A stretch of 24,000 nucleotides of DNA. Origin: an uncultured Acidobacteriota bacterium. GTDB lineage: Bacteria > Actinomycetota > Acidimicrobiia > Spongiisociales > ZC4RG35. The stretch's first letter is position 1. Each line of letters begins with the position of its first letter. The position numbers were made by a program, and so were the translations under genes. The DNA is taken from contig CAWJLJ010000014.1 of assembly GCA_963843585.1 (NCBI GenBank), positions 51,299 through 75,298 on the forward strand, given 5' to 3'. A model generated the notes under the pieces. It made no database searches. It was not told the DNA's origin and saw nothing but the letters and a program-made list of their open reading frames with translations. Positions 20,940 to 24,000 of this stretch are shown here, in pieces.

Positions 20940-21985
20940 TGGTGTCCTTCTCACGCTCGACCACAGGTAGCCTCCACGCTTTCGTAACGGAGCGAAAAGT
21001 GGATGAAAGCAGCCTCAGATCTGCGCGGCTCGGAGTCACCGCGGCCGCCCTTTCGGGGGACTCCGGCGGGCTCTACAACATCGTTGCCCGCCTCATGGAT
21101 GAGGGGGTTCCTCTCGACTCGCTGCTCTTCGACCTCCTCCTTCCCACTGAAAGAGATGTCGGATCGCGATGGCAAAGCGGGGATTACCTGGTCTCGGAGG
21201 AACACACCGCGACGGCCACAGTCGAGACCGTCGTCGCGCTCCTTGCGGGGTCGTTGGACCAACCAGAGGACGGCCTCCATGTCGTGGTTGCCTCAGCTGA
21301 AGGCGACTCTCACTCCTTGGCAGGCCGGGCCGTGGTCGCCTATCTACTCTTCAGCGGATTCCGGACCACCTTCCTCGGCGCCAACGTGCTCGCAACCGAC
21401 CTGCGGGAGTTCCTCGCCAGCGAGCAGCCCGACGCGATGATCATCTCCTGCACGATGACCAACCATCTCATCGGAGCCAGGGCAGTGATCAGCCAGAGCC
21501 ACTCCGCAGACGTGCCTGTACTCGCGGGAGGGCGGGCGTTCGGCGGGACCGGGGCGTGGGCGACCACGCTCGGAGCCGACGCCTGGGCGTCGCACCCGAG
21601 AGAGATCCCAGGCGTCCTACAGACCTGGGTGCCAGACGTAAGAGCGTCCGAGAGCCGGGCTCGTAACCCTTCGGACGACCTGCTGAAGCTGATCGAACGA
21701 CGCACCTCGGTTCTCGCTCGAGCACAGGAGGATCTGGAGCGACGTCTCGGAGAAACGCCTGGCCCCCGCCTGCGAGACGAGCTCGCCCTGCTTCTCGGCG
21801 CTGTCGAAGCGTCTTTGCTGGTAGGCGACAACGAGGTGGTCGTCGAGGCTCTCAAGTGGCAAAGAGCGACCCTCCAGGCCCACGGGCACGGCGACTCGGG
21901 CCCACTGACGGAGGCCGTCATTGCAGGCTTGCAGCCGGTATCCCTCGAAGCCGCCGAGGCTCTTCGCTCCGCCCTGTCCAGTTAG
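20936..21985 (+). CDS. Stand-alone cobalamin (B12)-binding protein, CarH/AerR-like, lacking a DNA-binding domain
   Basis: A four-helix-bundle region carries W79-x9-E89-H90 (RWQSGDYLVSEEH). A Rossmann-like B12-binding domain carries DSHSLA (the DxHxxG-type lower-ligand His126) and VLAGG. A ~130-aa helical C-terminal extension follows. The start is uncertain: GTG 20936 or ATG 20939 (coupled to the upstream stop), or GTG 20999 with ggag upstream. Confidence 0.75.
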   Translation: MMVSFSRSTTGSLHAFVTERKVDESSLRSARLGVTAAALSGDSGGLYNIVARLMDEGVPLDSLLFDLLLPTERDVGSRWQSGDYLVSEEHTATATVETVVALLAGSLDQPEDGLHVVVASAEGDSHSLAGRAVVAYLLFSGFRTTFLGANVLATDLREFLASEQPDAMIISCTMTNHLIGARAVISQSHSADVPVLAGGRAFGGTGAWATTLGADAWASHPREIPGVLQTWVPDVRASESRARNPSDDLLKLIERRTSVLARAQEDLERRLGETPGPRLRDELALLLGAVEASLLVGDNEVVVEALKWQRATLQAHGHGDSGPLTEAVIAGLQPVSLEAAEALRSALSS

Positions 21986-21994
21986 ACGCCGGTC

Positions 21995-22028
21995 GGAGCG
22001 GGGGGTGGGTCACGCCCCACTCCGCTCC
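21995..22028. terminator. Imperfect GC-rich hairpin between convergent genes
   Basis: GGAGCGG..GTGGG-tcacgc-CCCAC.CCGCTCC lies between the 21985 stop and the 22064 stop. Confidence 0.4.
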
Positions 22029-22063
22029 GTGGCGAGCGAATCCCCAGCCCGACGGGCAACCTC

Positions 22064-23596
22064 TTAGATCGGTGGCTTCGGGCGTCGGCCGGCCACCTCG
22101 ACAATGCGACGGGCCATCGGGCCGAAAACCATCGAATGGAACGGCCAGAGCAGATACCAGTAGAGGCGACCTGCCAGTCCGCGTGGGGCGAAGTGAGCGG
22201 TCTGGATCAGACTGGTATGGCCACTCTTGCTTTCGACTTCAAACTCGAGCCAGGCCTCGCCAGGCAATCTCATCTCGGCGACCAGCAGGAGGCGTCGGTT
22301 GTCTTCGAGGTCGGCCACCCGCCAGAAGTCGAGTGTGTCACCTCGCACCAAAGCAGTGCGGGGTCCCGCATTTCGCTGGAGGCCGACACCGCCCACCACA
22401 CGGTCGATCAGACCTCGAAACCACCAGGCCCAACCGGCGGCGTAGTAGCCAACTTCGCCTCCTATCCGTGTCACTGCCCAGTAGACGTCCGCTGCCGGAG
22501 CTGCCGTTTCCACCACCTTGCGGTCCCGCAGCCAGCGGGCACCGGCCCAGGCCGGATCGGTTGGCAGGCTCACCGCCGGTTGCTCCACAGCCTCGTGCCA
22601 TCGGGTTTCATCGGTGTTCCCCTCCACCCTTTCCAGGGCGTCAGAAACGGCCTCGCGATACGGGCTGAGGGGACGCTCGACAAACTCTGTTGCCGCGTTC
22701 TCGGTGACAACGACCTCGGTGATGAGGCTGTCTATGAGGGTGCGCGCGATTCGGGTGGGCACTGCGGTGACGAGACCCACCCATCGAGAGGAGAGCGAGG
22801 GGGAGAACATCGGCACTGGCAAGATCAGGCGGTGCCGAAGACCGGCCTCTTCGGCGTAGATCTGCATCATGTCCCTGTAGGTGAGAACGTCGGGACCGCC
22901 CACCTCCAGCATCTGATGATCGGCCAGGTCGTGATCGAGCAGTCCGACAAGAACTGCCAATACATCCCTGGCAGCGATGGGCTGGCATCGAGTCTGAACC
23001 CAACGAGGCGTGATCATCACTGGAAGCACCTCGGTCAGATGTCGAAGCATTTCGAACGAGACCGAGCCCGACCCGATGATCACTGCCGCCCTGACCTCAC
23101 TGAGTGCGATCGGACCGGCGGCGAGAACCCGACCTACCTCTTGACGGCTGGCCAGATGGCCGGAGAGGTTGGTCGAGCCTCCCAGACCACCCATGTAGAT
23201 GATCCTCTGCACGCCCTGACGTTCCGCCGCCCGACGGAAGTTCTCGGCGGCTTGACGGTCACGGGTGGCAAACCCCTCGCCGCCGTCCATCGAGTGAATC
23301 AGGTAGTAGGCGGTGTCAATCCCCTCCAGAGCGGCGTCCAACGATGCCCGCTCCAGAGCATCCGCCACCGCCACCTCCACCTGCTTATGCCAGGGGTGGC
23401 CGCTGAGACCCTCGGCGCTCCGCACCATGCAACGCACCTGATAGCCCGCCGCCAGGAGTTGGGGCACCAGGCGGCCCCCCAGGTAGCCACTGGCTCCGGT
23501 CACCAGCAATGTGGATCCGGAAGTGCGTGCGGGGTCAGCCGACGATGGCTCCGCTGATGCCCTCTCGTACTGTTGCAAAGCATCCTCGTTCGTCAT
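22064..23596 (-). CDS. Atypical SDR / NmrA-like NAD(P)-binding domain fused to a DUF2867 domain
   Basis: 510 aa with LLVTGASGYLGGRL (Rossmann fold) and an extended-SDR-like N-terminal half. The C-terminal ~150 aa (WRVADLE...LLLVAEMRLPGEAWLEFEV...) are typical of DUF2867. Confidence 0.82.
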   Translation of the reverse strand: MTNEDALQQYERASAEPSSADPARTSGSTLLVTGASGYLGGRLVPQLLAAGYQVRCMVRSAEGLSGHPWHKQVEVAVADALERASLDAALEGIDTAYYLIHSMDGGEGFATRDRQAAENFRRAAERQGVQRIIYMGGLGGSTNLSGHLASRQEVGRVLAAGPIALSEVRAAVIIGSGSVSFEMLRHLTEVLPVMITPRWVQTRCQPIAARDVLAVLVGLLDHDLADHQMLEVGGPDVLTYRDMMQIYAEEAGLRHRLILPVPMFSPSLSSRWVGLVTAVPTRIARTLIDSLITEVVVTENAATEFVERPLSPYREAVSDALERVEGNTDETRWHEAVEQPAVSLPTDPAWAGARWLRDRKVVETAAPAADVYWAVTRIGGEVGYYAAGWAWWFRGLIDRVVGGVGLQRNAGPRTALVRGDTLDFWRVADLEDNRRLLLVAEMRLPGEAWLEFEVESKSGHTSLIQTAHFAPRGLAGRLYWYLLWPFHSMVFGPMARRIVEVAGRRPKPPI

Positions 23597-23604
23597 CCAC
23601 TAGT

Positions 23605-23633
23605 GATTCGGCGCCGAACCTTGTCGTGGATTG
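23605..23633 (-). promoter_or_regulatory. Candidate ECF promoter of the SDR-DUF2867 gene: CAATCC-N17-CGAATC, 8 nt from the ATG
   Basis: The minus strand reads CAATCC-acgacaaggttcggcgc-CGAATC-actagtgg-ATG(23596). It shares the 14-mer ATTCGGCGCCGAAC with the acyltransferase promoter. Confidence 0.55.
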
Positions 23634-23781
23634 CATCTGGTCGACCGACAGGTTCGCTGTCTGGTACTGGCCGCGGACTATGCCTCTTCATCGGTCCGCC
23701 GAAGCGGGCCGAGATGGCGGTTGATCTCGCCTGGTTCCAGCGTGACCTGCGGTGGGCGGCAACCCGGCCTGGTCTTGAGGG

Positions 23782-23922
23782 TCGGCGCCCTCGGCAGGAT
23801 TCGAACCTGCGACACCCGGTTTAGGAAACCTGCTCTGTATTTGGGCCTCCCAACACCCGAAAACGCCAATAAACATAGGGTTTTCGCGTTCTCTAAGGTT
23901 GGCGCGTTCCGGTGCTCAGTTT
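23782..23922 (-). repeat. 141-bp repeat copy 3 containing the tRNA-Arg(CCU)-like element (minus strand, about 23786-23864)
   Basis: A direct repeat of 5153-5293 with about 7 differences. Three of them are pairing-preserving changes in one hairpin. Confidence 0.8.
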
Positions 23923-24000
23923 TAGGCGGGACACTGAATTTTTCAGCGAACTCAGCGGGGGAGATATCGACTCGACTGGCCTTGTCACCGGGCTGGAGCG

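Noticed and set aside
23923-24000. A possible ADH-like coding sequence after repeat copy 3 (FSELSGGDIDSTGLVTGLE), paralleling the ADH fragment after copy 1.
   Set aside because: Only 78 nt are available, and the similarity to FADLTDGLGADVAIEAVG is weak. It cannot be judged inside this window.
1-24000. CRISPR arrays, rRNA genes, canonical tRNA genes, and intact transposases or integrases.
   Set aside because: None were found on either strand. The only tRNA/tmRNA-like sequences are the aberrant or partial elements listed above.

Overview
GC-rich, Actinomycetota-like chromosomal window; no rRNA genes or CRISPR arrays were seen.

**Layout**
- **1-4.8 kb:** 5'-partial GH94 glucan-phosphorylase-type gene; an Rrf2 regulator divergent from a small protein; a frameshifted MarR gene divergent from a small ORF plus a LapA-domain membrane protein.
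- **4.8-5.85 kb:** lower-GC mosaic holding tRNA-Arg(CCU)-derived repeats, a truncated Zn-alcohol-dehydrogenase fragment and a possible integrase relic.
- **5.85-9.45 kb:** a ~1200-aa adenylate cyclase / AAA(STAND) / TPR regulator, followed at about 9.73-9.77 kb by an orphan tmRNA-like 3' end.
- **9.9-23.65 kb:** the interesting core, described below.

**Main finding**
A SigK/RskA-like ECF sigma / zinc anti-sigma pair sits among transcription units that each carry the same promoter-like motif, (C)CATCC-N17-CGAA(T/C/G)N. Six matches are good and one is weaker. Several sit 6-10 nt from the start codon, which suggests leaderless mRNAs. The units are:
- a fasciclin lipoprotein
- a translationally coupled heliorhodopsin / SRPBCC / retinol-dehydrogenase-like SDR operon
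- a PlsC-type acyltransferase
- sigK-rskA itself
- an FAD oxidoreductase / DUF1365 / cyclopropane-fatty-acid-synthase operon
- an SDR-DUF2867 protein
- more weakly, a DUF4397/sortase chimera coupled to a stand-alone CarH-like B12-binding protein with the W-x9-EH motif

I read this as a candidate light or photo-oxidative-stress ECF regulon that links two photoreceptor types to membrane-lipid remodelling. That is an inference from sequence only.

**Other points**
- The block is bracketed by two ~95% identical 141-bp direct repeats, each containing a tRNA-Arg-like element.
- Several peripheral genes (GH94, MarR, DUF1003) carry 1-nt indels at short homopolymer runs. These could be sequencing errors or real decay.
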